64,000 nucleotides of DNA from Octopus sinensis. Its lineage: Eukaryota. Below the pieces are notes generated by a model that searched no databases, was not told the origin of the DNA, and worked only from the letters and a program-made list of their open reading frames with translations. The position numbers and the translations under genes were made by a program. Where the stretch lies: assembly GCF_006345805.1 (NCBI RefSeq), contig NC_043006.1, positions 35,092,001-35,156,000 of the forward strand, given 5' to 3'. Below, one piece after another: positions 23,966-38,236 of this stretch. Every line of letters starts with the position of its first letter. The first letter of the stretch is position 1.

Positions 23966-26398
23966 TTGTGTGTGTTTGTATGTGTGTGTGTATATACATA
24001 TGACACACACACGCAATCCAAATGTATTGAGGCCTTGAGATCAATAAAAAATTTTATTGCAATTGAATTTTGTGTTTTTAATACAAAAACTGACGAGTTA
24101 AGGAACTGCCGCTAGGTGACACAATGCAATTACTGCAAAGTAAATTGTTAAGCGTGTCATTGATATATACATATGTATATTTTTTTTTATTTAGTAACAG
24201 ACAATATGACGTATATAGCATACACATTGATATTCTGAAATACCTTAAGGCATTTGATTCAATGCTCTCCATTTTCTAGTCCTTTAACCCCACTCAACTT
24301 TTAATCTAATAGAATGATATTTTGTGGTTGTAGAAATTGCTTCAGAGTAGAATGGTGCTACACGTCGATCTATTTTCCTCAAGAGTAGTAAAAACATAGG
24401 ATAAAAGAAAATCAGAGACCAGTGTGAATTCTGATCGTGCCTTGAAATCTATATGTTAATATAAATTATTTGTCTTAACATCATAATCATCGGTTTATTA
24501 TATAAAAATATGGTCCCATATTTATGGAGAAGTCTAAGATATAAACTGCATCGAATCCATTTAATACGATATAAAAGAAATATTTACTTTATCGACTCCG
24601 GCACGATGAAAAGCTATGGAAGTCCCGTTACTATTTATCGTGGGATGATTGAGGTGACATAACTGCAACGCATCCATCTAATGCGCTACGGCATCTGCTC
24701 CACTATTGATACAAGTTTTCATGGAATGGTTTAGGATAAATACTGATTTAATTATTCCGATATATTACTGATACAGTATGTGCAAAAGACGGAATCTCGA
24801 CATGTCACACAATATCCCAGAAAGCGCAGCCAAATCTTTTTGAAAATCAAAATCTAGCTTCTATTTAAAGAAAACACACATAAGTTAAAATTGTCAGATA
24901 TATATAATTCTCTTAAAAGATACAAGATAGTTGCAAACTAAATGTCTTTCATTATATACCCAAGGTAAGGTAATCCTTTTGATCAAAAGTCTGATTAATC
25001 AGAATTAAGCCGGGGAATAAACGCTAATAACAATTACAACAACAATAACAAACTTGAACCTTATTATTTTTGTGTTTATAAAAGAGAAAATTCGACCCTA
25101 GCGTTATTTGAACCGAGAACATAGAACTTCAAAACTAAATCGAAACTCAACGAACACAAACATCTTTTAAAAATAAAGAAACCTATATTGATCGATAAAA
25201 AATATAGAAAATCAAACAGATCGAAGACTAGAACGGTTTCCTTTCAAGCAGGGGAAAAAGTGTTCCTTTATAGTGAAGTTTTTCAAAAGCAATAGAAACG
25301 AGAGAACATTTCTCTCTTATAATTAATCGTAATGGAATCAAAAGTCAAATTACTGTTTAACTTAAGTTTACCTCGAATTTTTTTTAAAAAAACGCATCTA
25401 TATATTCTCAAAAGGAATGGCGTTCAATAGAGACGCCATTTTAGGTGAATTACATAGATGAATTGTTTGTGTTGGAAATCAAACATAACCTTTTCCACCT
25501 GTTACTACGGGGAAGAATTGCTAGGATGGTTCTATGTGTGTAGGTGTTGGTATGTGTGTGTGGTGTATGTGGGTTCGTGAGCATCTGACTATGTGGTGTG
25601 TGCATGAATGTCAGTTGATGCAACGAGGTATCTCTGTGCGTCTGCGTGTTTGCGAGTATGTATATGTGTCTGTGCGTGTGTGTATGAGCGTGCAATTGTG
25701 TGCGCGTGCGTGTTGTCTCGGCCATGAATTTATAGCATTAATTTCCATTAGAGAAAAACGCAATATTGATCAAAATATGTCAAAGGAATAATTCAATCAT
25801 ACAAACACATAAATAGACATACACATAAAATACACGTGAATATATGTATACATATATACATTCATATATTGTAAGTACATACATATACATATATGTAAAT
25901 ATGTATATATATATGAATATATATATATATACATATATATTTAAGACGCACATGTGTATGTATATATCTATACATACATAGGTGGATATACATGTATGGG
26001 TGTGAGTATGTGCATGTGTGTGTCTGTATGTGCGTGTATGTATACATGTTTTTACACACACACACACACACGCACATACACACACGCGCACATACACACA
26101 CACATATATATATATATGAATACAAAACCAAAGGGTCGACATATAGGCGTGATAAAGTGTGGGGCAACGCAAAATATTGGTTTGGTTAAAATGGGAAGGG
26201 CAGTGTTAGGGAGAGCACAGCACGGAATTATTTGGCCACGAATATATTCTTCTGATAAAAACACACACACACACGCGCACGCGCGCACGCACACACACGC
26301 GTGCACACACACACACACACACACATATCTAAATATATGGAAACAAAGAGAAGACAAAGATGAAATGAAATCAAAACTTTTGAGGGAGTATTAAAATA

Positions 26399-26400
26399 GG

Positions 26401-26478
<78 letters not shown>

Positions 26479-26481
26479 GTA

Positions 26482-26552
<71 letters not shown>
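26399..26552. repeat. (AAT)n microsatellite, about 50 units
   Basis: Directly visible; source of the poly-Y ORF. Confidence 0.97.
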
Positions 26553-26553
<1 letters not shown>

Positions 26554-26781
26554 TAAAGCAGAAAATGCCGGATTAATATTTTGAGTTGATCGCATACAAG
26601 GGAATGTAAGTTTGTGTAGCAAAAACAATGGCTGCCTTTGTTACGACTAAGACATTTACGTTTCGACGGCTTTATCTTAAGTTCTACTTAATATTTTTAT
26701 TTCTATAAGCATATTCAATGAAAAAGACATTAACCCATTGATTTATGTTTCATAGATAAGATTAAATAAATATAATATAAT

Positions 26782-26833
<52 letters not shown>

Positions 26834-27100
26834 AGCATGATACGATATTATGAATTGTGTTCATTCATAATAATGATTATTATGAATAGCCGATGTACCC
26901 TATAATGTCAAATGCATTATTAATGTGGGTTACTTTAATGCGTTATATATATACAAATATGTATATATGTGTGTGTGAGTGTGTTTGTGTGTGTAAACAT
27001 ATACATATATATGTACATGTATATACGTGCATGTATATATGGGTGCCTTTATGCATAGCAAATAAACATGAATGTATACACAGCGGTTCTTATATGTATA

Positions 27101-27166
<66 letters not shown>

Positions 27167-27172
27167 CATACA

Positions 27173-27240
<68 letters not shown>

Positions 27241-27508
27241 TAATTAGGTCAGCAGACAGAAATCGGAAAAAAGATAACGCGATGTTTACAGCTATGCTGA
27301 TATTAACAAACACAGTTGCACACATACCATATAAATACAAATTCCGCATAGAAATGCATATTTATACATAGCTACTTTCAAACAGTCGCTCGTACAAACA
27401 TGAATATATGCATATAATGTATTTGAATTCACTATGATACATAGATGGCTATCTTCATTTAATGTACTTCTACTGTATATAAATGATATAAATATGTGTG
27501 TCTCCTTT

Positions 27509-27556
<48 letters not shown>

Positions 27557-29449
27557 GTATTTTTGTATGTGCGTGTGTGTATGTGTGTGTATATATACAA
27601 ATGTTAGTGGTAATGAAGTAATGAACAGGTAAAAAATTGCCCCGCATATTAATTAATAAATTCATTCTGCCAGATGAAATGAGACTTAGATGTATATGAT
27701 TCTGCACGTGCATATATGTCACCTGGTACTTCAGGTGACATATATGGAATGTAAACATACTGTATCAAGATGGCGGAGTAGCAAACGGTTCTCATTGGTT
27801 CACACAGATCTCGCATCGGAGTGATGCTATTTCAGCCGTGACTGTTGGACTGCACATAAGCAGGGTTCAAGTACTCTTCCAGTCAAGGAAATTAAGAATT
27901 AAAATGAATTCTGTAGGTTTGAAAGCAGCTGTATACGTATCTGTGAAGAAAGAGAAATAAACATCAGATAATATACACATCTGACCTCTGATATCGGCTT
28001 GCAGCCATACAGAAATACCTGCTGTATTCACACACATGATGGTTACATTACGCTGTAGATGTACACACTAATATGTATATGTATGCACGCGTAAGCATAT
28101 CCCTAAATTCTTGTATAAATATAGGTAACCAACAACATACAGGCTTACATTCTATGAACAACGCTCACTTTATGAATAGGATAGGGTTACACATGAATAC
28201 AACTTCTCAAAACATCCGTCTGAATAACGTATTAATTCTTGTTAATATTTTTTAGGTGTTCGAGCCATACACAAGAGCTAACTTTATCAAAACTTTCAAC
28301 AGTTTCATTTTGGTTTTATAACTGATGCTGTCGGCGTCTTAAATGCACTATGAGACGACTGAATATGGCTGAAGGTTTGGCCAGTCTGATTTCCAGGGCC
28401 ATGGTATCGCTTCCGAAGTAAGTTTGCCACATGCTTGCATACATGTGCTTATATTCATGCATAGAGACACGTTTTTCTCAGAATTCTACGTTCGGGCATG
28501 AACGCAAGGAAATATTCATCGTGAAAAAGAGGAAAGACTAACTACAACAGGAAAGATAGAATACTTTCTGAGAATTCTAAATCCGAATCTATAACAGGAA
28601 ATAGTTCGCGACATTTACGCAGATTAGCATATAATACGTTATTTCGAAAAGCTGAAAAGAGTAAACGACACTTAATGTAACACTATAAGATATCTGTGAA
28701 TATATAGACAATTAGATGTGTGCGTCTTGTGGCAAATATAACGATATGATTTAAGTGTTCACTTCTATTACATAAAATTTTTTATCATTCACCAATATAT
28801 TCTTGCAGAATATTGCTTGCTTCCGTGACCCCAAGCATTTTGGGCCACTTATGGCTAAATAATATCCTCAGTGCACCCCACTATTTTTGTGTATAAATAA
28901 ATATTTTATATTTTACTAATACTATGAAACATTTGATATTTAATATAATATTATATAATTTGTATACAATATTATAATGATATTACAATAAATTCATAGC
29001 GTCTCCCAATCTGCCGTGTTTCTCCCAACGCCTCATTTTACTCTACCACTCTACCGCCCACTTAAGCACCAGTGCCAACCTGAACCGTCTCAACACCCAC
29101 CGAGGGGCGGTAGCATCCACTATGAGAACCTATGCTTTAAACTGTCAATGCTTATATGTATGTTATACTTGATTAGATATTTTGCATATGCACACGCCAC
29201 ACACACACACACACGCTCCCTTCCCACACAACATAAATGCTCTTGTGTATTATGTTGTGCTGATACTGGTATCAACATACGAGGATATGTGCCTATGTGT
29301 GCATGTCTGTCTATATGTATGTGTGTGTATGTATATCTGCATATATGTGTGTGTATATGTATATGAATATACGTGTATATATACAAGTGTATATATGCTT
29401 TGGGTGCGAATCGTTTTGTTATACGGTGCCGTGTTTTACAATTTCTGAC

Positions 29450-29953
29450 GATCACCGTGCAACGACGAAGGAAAACAGTTTAATAATGGGGCACGTAAAA
29501 CCCCGACAGAAAAAAAAGGCTTCCCTAAACAAATACGAAATAATATAGTTCTTAGCTGGCAGAAACGTTAGCACGTCGGGCGAAATGCGTAGCCGTATTT
29601 CGTCAGTCGCTACGTTCCGAGTTCAAATTCCACCGAGGTCGACTTTGCCTTTCATCCATTCGGGGTCGATGAATTAAGTACCAGCTACGCAGTGGGGTCG
29701 ATGTAATCGACTTAATCCCTTTGTCTGTCCTTATTTGTCCCCTCTGTGTTTAGCCCCTTGTGGGTAGTAAAGAAATATATAATTGACAGAAACGGGGAGG
29801 TTAATTCGCTGGTGTACAGTTAACACACTTTGTCGCGTTAACAAAGGGATGTGGGTTCGTGTCCCTCGCGTATAGGAAAGCTTTCTTTTTTTCTGTCGAG
29901 GTCTTATATGCCCCATTATTGGACTATTTTTCCTTAGTTATTGCACGGTGATC
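29450..29953. mobile_element. Non-autonomous TIR element (about 78-bp imperfect TIRs) interrupted by a SINE
   Basis: gatcaccgtgcaac...aataatggggcacgtaaaaccccgacagaaaaaaaaggcttccc (29450-about 29527) versus the reverse complement at about 29875-29953. Confidence 0.75.
29554..29777 (+). mobile_element. tRNA-derived SINE (family B)
   Basis: Near-consensus full-length copy. Confidence 0.92.
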
Positions 29954-30627
29954 CCTACAAGCATTAAGCTTATATAAAAATACCATTATTATTCTTTACA
30001 AGAATGTATATTTATATGTATATTCCTATATGCATACATAAACATATATACATGCATATGTGTGTGTACGTTATTTGTATATATCTGTTTGTGTATGTGC
30101 ACATGTGTGTATACTGTTATGCATATGGTTACATGTGTTCGTATGAACATTGACCTAAATAGATACAAACGTACATGCATACATACATCAATGTACATTA
30201 TATAAATGTGAGAGTCTGTGTCAGTTTGCGAAACCGAAAGGGGAAAAGGGGCATCTAGTACGCACGGAAGTACATACAGTGAGAGACAAAGAGAAAGGGA
30301 GGGAAAGAAAGAAAGAGAGAGGGAAGCACACATCCACCTTTACATACTAACATATATTATGCATATATATATATATATACATGCATATAAACACATACAA
30401 GATGTGTGTGTGTATGTGTGTGTGTGTGTGGTGCTTCTGTGTCGTGTAAGGCATGTTTGTACATAAATCTGATAGATGTGTAATACAATACATTAATGCA
30501 AAAACCAATTCCATATGACAAAGGACGGCTTGTTTACGTGACTGAAAGCAGAGAGGTGGTGATTATAGATTCACAGGTTTTCTCTTTCTTTATCTTTTTC
30601 ATTTTCGTTGCCTTATTGCTTCCTTAT

Positions 30628-30663
30628 TATTATCACCACCACAACCACCACCACCACCACCAC

Positions 30664-30716
<53 letters not shown>

Positions 30717-30762
30717 CCGTTATTATTATTATTATTATTATTATTATCATTATTATTATTAC
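30628..30762. repeat. (CAC)n-(CAT)n-(ATT)n compound microsatellite
   Basis: Directly visible; source of the poly-H/poly-Y ORF. Confidence 0.95.
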
Positions 30763-31614
30763 TAATGGTCTTAGCTTATTTCTTCCTTGGGTCTGGCCAG
30801 ATTGGAGTAATCCCGAGTATAATCAGCCGAAATTGCAAAGATAATCTGGAACTCGACTGAGGATAGAAAACTCCGAATTATCCGTCCTTGTTTTCCTTGT
30901 ATCGTATGTCTCGATATTTTGTTGTCCCTTTTTTGTTTCACCTAACTGTCTGGATGTTCTGCGTTCTCGTCCCATTTTTTGTATTTTTTATATTTAAAAT
31001 ATAGCGGCGTACGTACACTTTGGTCTCATATATATATATATATATATCTAAATTTTGTACGACTCTATTTTCCTTGTATTCTTTCCTTATTTCCTTCTTT
31101 CTAGCAGCCCTTTCACACTTCGTTCATTCCACTCTTCGTTCTTTCGTTTCCCGTCTCACATTTCCTGGCTTTCTCTTCATGCTCACTTTCCCTCTTTCAC
31201 TTTACTGTGTCGCTTTCATTGTTGTCTCGCCCCTCCTTAATCCTTCTATCCCTCTCCCTCTACATCTTTCTCTTCTCTCCCCACGTGACCGGTGTTCGGC
31301 CAGGCCTTACCTTTCTTTCTTGGTTGGATTACTGTTCGTGCAACATCTATATTCCTTCCTATGCCTGTCATCACTAATGTCCTTGCCGTAAGGCTTTACT
31401 TCCACACACTCCAGCTTAATTTAATTCGTTCTTAGTCGAAAGACACCTGTTGTTATGTCCTGTTATTTGTATTTGTGTAACATTTTTTGTTTTTTCTGCC
31501 CTTGTTTTCGTATACATTCGCTGCTTTTATCCCAAGGAATGTAATGCTCTTAGCTTATTTTTTTCCTTGGGGCTGGCCAGATTGGAGCAATCCGAAATTA
31601 ACGTGATATTAACG

Positions 31615-32125
31615 TGTACCCTTAACGTAGTTCTAGGGGTGATTCAGCGTGATACAGAATATGACAAGGCTGGCCCTGCGAAATACTGGTACAACAGAAA
31701 GTGGAAGAAATAGTGAGAGAAAGTTGTGGTGAAAGAGTGAGGCTATAGTAGAACACACCTGCCCAGTGGGACTGAACACGGAACCATGTGGCCGGGTAAG
31801 CAAGCTTCCTACCACACAGCCACTCCTGCGCAAATATATATGTATACAATATATACCGATGTGTGTGTGTGTGTGGGGGGGGGGGTTAGTGCGTGCATGC
31901 GCGTGTGTGTGCTGTATATGTGTATGAGTGAGTTTTCTTTTCGTATATTTCACTTCGCACTCTTGCGTCTACAGTTTGACAACCGACTTTGGTTTGTTTA
32001 CGTTCCGTACACAAGTCGATCGACAATAATGTTAGATTGAATCAATACCAGGCTTACAATACGCACATTGGCCTGTGTGTATTCGACTAGAATTCTGAAA
32101 GTTGCCCCTGCATGGGCACCGGTTT
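31615..32125. mobile_element. Cluster of SINE fragments: family C (-, 31615-31740), family E 5' half (-, 31740-31830), family E 3' half (+, about 31970-32125)
   Basis: Homology to the other copies in this window. Confidence 0.7.
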
Positions 32126-32606
32126 AAAGTGCTTCTTTAAACAATCACTAAAACAATAGAACAACAGATTTTAGCTTTATACATACATATAGAGAAAGGG
32201 AGGAGGGAGGGAGGAAGAGAGACGGTGAGAAGAAGTAGCGGGAGATGGAAATAAGAGGGAGAAGGTAAAAGGAGAGGAGAACAGAGAAAGACAAAGATGG
32301 GAAGAGAAGGAGACAGAAAGGTCGCGAAGTACGAACAGATAAACGAGATATATGAGACAATAATTGATATGAAGGAAACGGATATATGAGAAGGCGTGTT
32401 TTTATGACAGCATATATATCTGAGATTTTGCGTTTAAATGCTATGATGTGTGTGTGTGTGTGCGTGCGTATATATGATATATATATTTCATATGCATATA
32501 TACAAATATACATATATGTATGTTTATATATATATGTATATTTATATATAGATACGCATGTGTATATGAGTGAATGTGTGTGTGAGAGTATGTTTTTGTG
32601 ATTGTG

Positions 32607-32662
<56 letters not shown>

Positions 32663-32887
32663 TGTGTGTGACTGAGAAATACAGAGAAATGCAGAGCGTA
32701 CAGAGAACCCACCGGAATAACAATGAAGACAATGACTTGAACGAGAATGGACATATCTACACAAACGCATACACACCCACATAGACAAGCATACAGACAC
32801 ACACAAATACACACACACACACATACGTATATGTGAATAGACGTGCTTATACACACACACACTTGTATATATGAATATATGAATGTG

Positions 32888-33255
32888 TGGCGCCGCAATG
32901 GCCCAGTAGTTAGGGCAGCGGACTCGAGATCGTGGGATCGCGGTTTCGATTCCCAGACCGGACGTTTTGAGTGTTTATTGAGCGAAAATACCTAAAAGCT
33001 CCACATGGAGTGGTAGCGAACCCTGCTGTACTCTTTCACCACAAGTTTCTCTCACTCTTTCTTCCTCTTTCTGTTGAACCTGTATTTCAAAGGGACAGCC
33101 TTGTCACACTGTCATGCTGAATCTCCCCGAGTACTACGTGGAAGGTACACGTGTCTGTGGAGTGCTCAGCCACTTGCACGTTAATTTCATGAGCATGCTG
33201 TTCCGTTGATCGAATCAACTGGAACCCTCGTCGTCGTAACCGACGGTGTACCCGA
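32888..33255 (+). mobile_element. Chimeric tRNA-derived SINE: family A head plus family C tail
   Basis: The 5' about 180 bp matches 11395-11580 and the 3' part matches 10810-10960. Confidence 0.85.
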
Positions 33256-33614
33256 TATAAATGTACGTATTTATACATAGATATGTACGTATGTGTGTAT
33301 AATTATATATATATGTATACACACACACACGAAACACACACACACACGAAACACACACACACACGCACACACACACACACACTCACACACACACATATAT
33401 ATATATATATCAATATATGTACATACATGCGTTTATATATATACATCGAAACATATACATGTATTTATATATAGATTATGTATATATATGTTTATGGGTG
33501 TGTATGTATGTAGGAACAGTGATTGAGAGAAAAAAGGAAACCATAGAAAGAGACAAATTCAAAGGCAATAAAAGAATGAGAGAGAGAGAGAGACAGACAG
33601 AGAGAATGAGAGAG

Positions 33615-33646
<32 letters not shown>

Positions 33647-33839
33647 AGTAAGAGAAAGAGTAATAGTTTCGAGTGAGTTCTTACCAAAGCCTATTTTAGT
33701 CGTTCAAGAGAAATTCTTCCATTCTTCTGTTTCGTTTAATTGGACTCTGATCGTTTCTTATCATTTTTTTCTCCAATATATTTTCCTCATTTACTCTTCA
33801 CTCAATCTACAATGTATTCAATTATTTCGATCTATTTCT

Positions 33840-34321
33840 CATGTCCCCAAGCAATCAAATTCTCCCTTCTATTCATTTACATCACATAAATTTCTTCCTT
33901 TTTTTCTTCGTTTCTTCTTGCTTTTGTTTTAGTTTTCTCTTGTCGTTTCTTTCATTTTCCATCTTTCTACTCTATCGTTCCTACTTCCACCTTTTTCTCT
34001 CTTTCCTTTTCTGCTTTTTTTCCCCTTTTGTTTTTGTCTTTTATTTTGATTTTCTACTTCCCTTTCTTTCTTCCGATCTATCTGCCTTCCTTTCTTTCTT
34101 TCTCTTTTGTTCACTCGCTTCTTCGCTCCTTCGGTTTTGTTCTTTTCTCGCTTCCTTTCTTCCTTCTCTTCATTCACTCATTCCATCATTTGTAATTTCT
34201 TTCTTCCAGATTTCTCTTTTTCTCTTCTGCCTTCCTCACATCTTCTTCCTTTCATTTTCGTTCTTTCTCCCTACTTATTATCTCTTTACTCATTCATTTA
34301 TTGTTTCATTCTTTCTTTCCT

Positions 34322-34358
<37 letters not shown>

Positions 34359-34620
34359 TTTCTTCCTTCTTCTCTCCTTTCTCTCTTCTTTCTTTCTTTC
34401 ATTTTCATGTCTACATATTTCATTATTTTTAGATGCTTTATTTTCCTTCTTGCACATTCGATGTGGTTCATCCTCCCTTTCTTCTCTTCATTCATCCAAT
34501 GATTCATTCATTTATCCTTTCTTTCTTTCTTTCTTTGTTTTTTCTTATTTTCATGTTTCATTCTGTTTTTCTTTCTTTCTTGAACATTCGATGTGTATTT
34601 CTAAAGCACAATTAGTCTTT
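33840..34620. repeat. Long polypyrimidine/polypurine low-complexity tract (CTTT/CTT/CT)
   Basis: About 780 bp strongly T/C-biased; source of the F/L/S-rich 273-aa ORF. Confidence 0.9.
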
Positions 34621-35293
34621 TTCTACTGCTGTGCCCCACCCTCTCGAGTAAGAGAGTTCTGACCAAGCTATCTACTGGTCTATCCTACCATTTCATCTAT
34701 TCATCAATGTTTTTTCTTCTATCTTGGTCATTCGCTTGTTACTTTCATGAAGAAAAATCCAAGCTCCAACCCGCTCTGTTACTATAACGGAACAATTGAC
34801 ATATCTAAGAAGAACAAAACTCACAATTATGGTCAGAGATCAAACTAATCAAAATCAGAGGAGATTTCAACAAATAGTTTGAAAAATAGAATTGTTTCAA
34901 TTCTAGGAATAACTCTAATGATCCGAAATAATATGTGTGTATGTATGTATGTATGTATGTATGTATGTATGTATGTATGTATGTATGTATGTATGTATGT
35001 ATGTATGTATACGTGTGTTTGTCAGTTTCTGAGTGCTTATATATATATATATATACTCAATTTATCGACACCTTTCGGGATCGATAAATTAAGTGCCAGT
35101 TGTGTACTGGGGTCAATCTAATCGACTGGCCACCTCCCCCAAAATTGTGGGCCTTGTGCTTAGAGTAGAAAAAATTATTATTATTATTATTATTTTTTTT
35201 TCTATTTAAAGCAGTTTGATTCGGCCCCACGTTACTTAAAACTCAGCGGGCTCAATATACGCACACACATACACACACAAATATGTATATATG

Positions 35294-35398
<105 letters not shown>

Positions 35399-35399
35399 T

Positions 35400-35586
35400 A
35401 TATAGTGTATATATACAACGGGAAGAATAATAGAACTGTGAATGGCTCTGCACACATACACACATACACACATACGTGCACACACTCTGTCTCTGATAAT
35501 ATCTATCTATGAATCTATATATGTATGTGTATGTGTCTGTGTGTACATATAAATATATATACATATATATATATGTGCATATATAC

Positions 35587-35630
<44 letters not shown>

Positions 35631-35813
35631 ATATGCACATATATATATGTGTATATATATTTATATGTACACACAGACACATACACATACATATATAGAT
35701 TCATAGATAGATATTATCAGAGACAGAGTGTGTGCACGTATGTGTGTATGTGTGTATGTGTGCAGAGCCATTCACAGTTCTATTATTCTTCCCGTTGTAT
35801 ATATACACTATAT
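35400..35813. repeat. Near-perfect 414-bp palindrome centred on (TA)n
   Basis: tatagtgtatatatacaacgggaagaataatagaactgtgaatggctctgcacac...: about 190-bp arms, one visible substitution, centre about 35590-35623. Confidence 0.95.
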
Positions 35814-36229
35814 TCTACTGCGTGTGTCTGAAGAAAATAATTGAATATTTCTACTCAACTATCAAGTCGCTTCGTCTCTTCAGTTAAACTATAAACTGCA
35901 TATGGATGATTTGCTTTGATCCTTGGATACGTAACTACTTTCTTTGTCCCTGACGTCCTCCTATATACTAAGTAAACGCCAATACAGGATATATTAATTA
36001 AATGGCTGTCGTTGAGGTGTGAAACGATGTCAAATCATAGCTGCCGTTCATTTTTTGTGCCGAATTTAATAAAGATTGGAAAGCAAAATTATCACCATTG
36101 CCCCAAATTCATTACAGTCCTAGCATGGCAGTGTGGTTAAAGAGCTCATTTTGAAAACATGGTTTTGGGTTCAGTCCCACTGCGCGCTATGTTGGGTAGT
36201 TGAAGCCAAACTGTTACATATACATAGAC

Positions 36230-36298
<69 letters not shown>

Positions 36299-36303
36299 TC
36301 ATA

Positions 36304-36560
36304 CTCAGATCTCTTGTATCCTGACTCTAAATCGTCATTTGTACCAATCAGCATAGGTGCATTAGGTTCTGTCCCTAAAGTGGGGAAAAACCTAGAAGTA
36401 CTTCGTTTTACGGAGAAAGACCAAAAGAAACTGACGTCGATTCTCGAATTCCCATCGACCATGGAGATTTATAAGACAGTTTCAAAGATCTTCATCTGAG
36501 ATTCTTATCAGAATAGATGTCCCCACTTGAGTGTATGCATCAACAGCTCAACCAACACAC
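36304..36560 (+). mobile_element. RLE non-LTR retrotransposon 3' end (R4-like group), degenerate
   Basis: SDLLYPDSKSSFVPISIGALGSVPKVGKNLEVLRFTEKDQKKLTSILEFPSTMEIYKTVSKIFI* (stop 36497-99). It contains the VPIxIGALGxVPK motif typical of RLE C-termini. Confidence 0.7.
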
Positions 36561-36846
36561 CAACTCAAATATACATTTACAAAAACCGAGAACTTTCTTA
36601 AGTATAGCGATATTGATAACCTGCTACCAGACCTCACTATGCTTATTGCTCAGTAGAAAGCGTCAGTCGAGTACAGAGCAGTAATCAGAAATTAAAAGGA
36701 CAAAAGAAAATGAAAATCTTGTCATGAACTTCAGTGGCTTACAGCTGTTTCTGCTCTAAGATGCAATGCACTCATATCTGAGTGCTTGTGTATCGCCCTA
36801 TAGCTTCATCGGATTTTTAAAAATGTAGTACAATGTTCTGAGTATT

Positions 36847-37972
36847 TACGGAAGCAAAACTTGGAAAATAATAGATAATTCACCAAATTGTTTATTTTAC
36901 AACTAGCAACCTGGCAAATATAATTTTAACACAAGTTTATAGGGATATAAAGAGACAACTTATTCAATATGTCCACCTTCATTGTCTACTACAGCCTTTA
37001 CACGCCGCCTGAAGGCATAACAACACTTCATGATGAATTCCTCAGACATGTCCCACTCTTCTCCCAGGACTTGCTTAAGATGATCAAAAACTGGATGCTA
37101 AGTTCTGTTGGTAGAGTGCGCCAATTTGCCTCATACAGCATAGTCCAGGGGGTTCAAGTCTGGGCTGGAGAGTGCTAGACACTGGCAGGTCAAAAGTCAA
37201 CGAGGTTGTCTTCGCAGAATTTCTGCAATATCTTCGCCGTATGAGCGAGAGCACCATTTTGGGTCCATACACAATTAGCGTTGAGTTAGTTAGACTTTCG
37301 CGAAGGCGAAACATTATACTCCACCTTTTCCACAGACCTCTAAAAAACTGAGAGGCATCTTTTTTCCCTCAGAAGCTACGACTCCCAGTATCATGATTTG
37401 GCCTGGGACTTGGTCCGAAAGTCGCCCTCTACGTCAGAAGGTGACTTAGCAATATATCGAACATTGCGACGTTTTAAAACAGCATCAACGGTAAAGATAT
37501 TTTCATCTGAAAAGATTTTGACTGTTTGTCGATTGTGCTTCAGGTATCGCAAAACTTTTATAGCACTTCTGGCTTTCATTGCATGGGTTAATAGGTGTTT
37601 CGGGGTCCTCACGTATGACCCAAACTGTAAATCAGTGTGTACAGCATTTCTGATGGATTTTGGATCAACTTTCATGTCCGTGGACAGTTTTCTCATGGAT
37701 GTTGTTGGGTCTTTCGAAATTTTGGCTTTGAGTGATTTAAGAAATGCATTATCCCGTTTTGTTTATTTATACCTCCACGTCCTTGCTCAAGTATACCTTG
37801 TCTCTTGGCTTCTTGAGAGGACATGTTAAATCGTATGACTGGAACTTCTGCTTACATTAACTCTATATACCTCCACCCTGAAATAGAAAACTATATTTTA
37901 GTATTTATGCTCAGGAATATAAAAAAAAATAGGGTTTCCAAGCTATTCTAAGTTTTGCTTCCCCATCCTGTA
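36847..37972 (-). mobile_element. DD37D (maT/Bmmar1-type) Tc1/mariner transposon, degenerate; transposase pseudogene about 36960-37824
   Basis: KIFSDENIFTVD (first D), VMILGVVASEGKKMP, CVWTQNGALAHTAK (second D mutated), SPDLNPLDY-like region and ...RRRVKAVVDNEGGHIE*. TIR remnants tacggaagcaaaactt / aagttttgcttccccatcctgta. Confidence 0.88.
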
Positions 37973-38042
37973 TAATATGTATATATGTAATATATATTTA
38001 TGTATGTATGTATGTATATATATATATATGTATATATACATT

Positions 38043-38080
<38 letters not shown>

Positions 38081-38157
38081 TATTTATATACATATGTATA
38101 TATATATGTTTATATACATGTTATATATATACATATGTATATATATATATATATATT

Positions 38158-38236
<79 letters not shown>

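Noticed and set aside
30845-30895. CTGAGGA...CTCCGAAT in a repeat also seen in part at about 31560
   Set aside because: GAAA core and stems are not satisfied.
33841-34662. Longest ORF (273 aa, F/L/S-rich, superficially membrane-like)
   Set aside because: It is a by-product of the CT-rich low-complexity tract.
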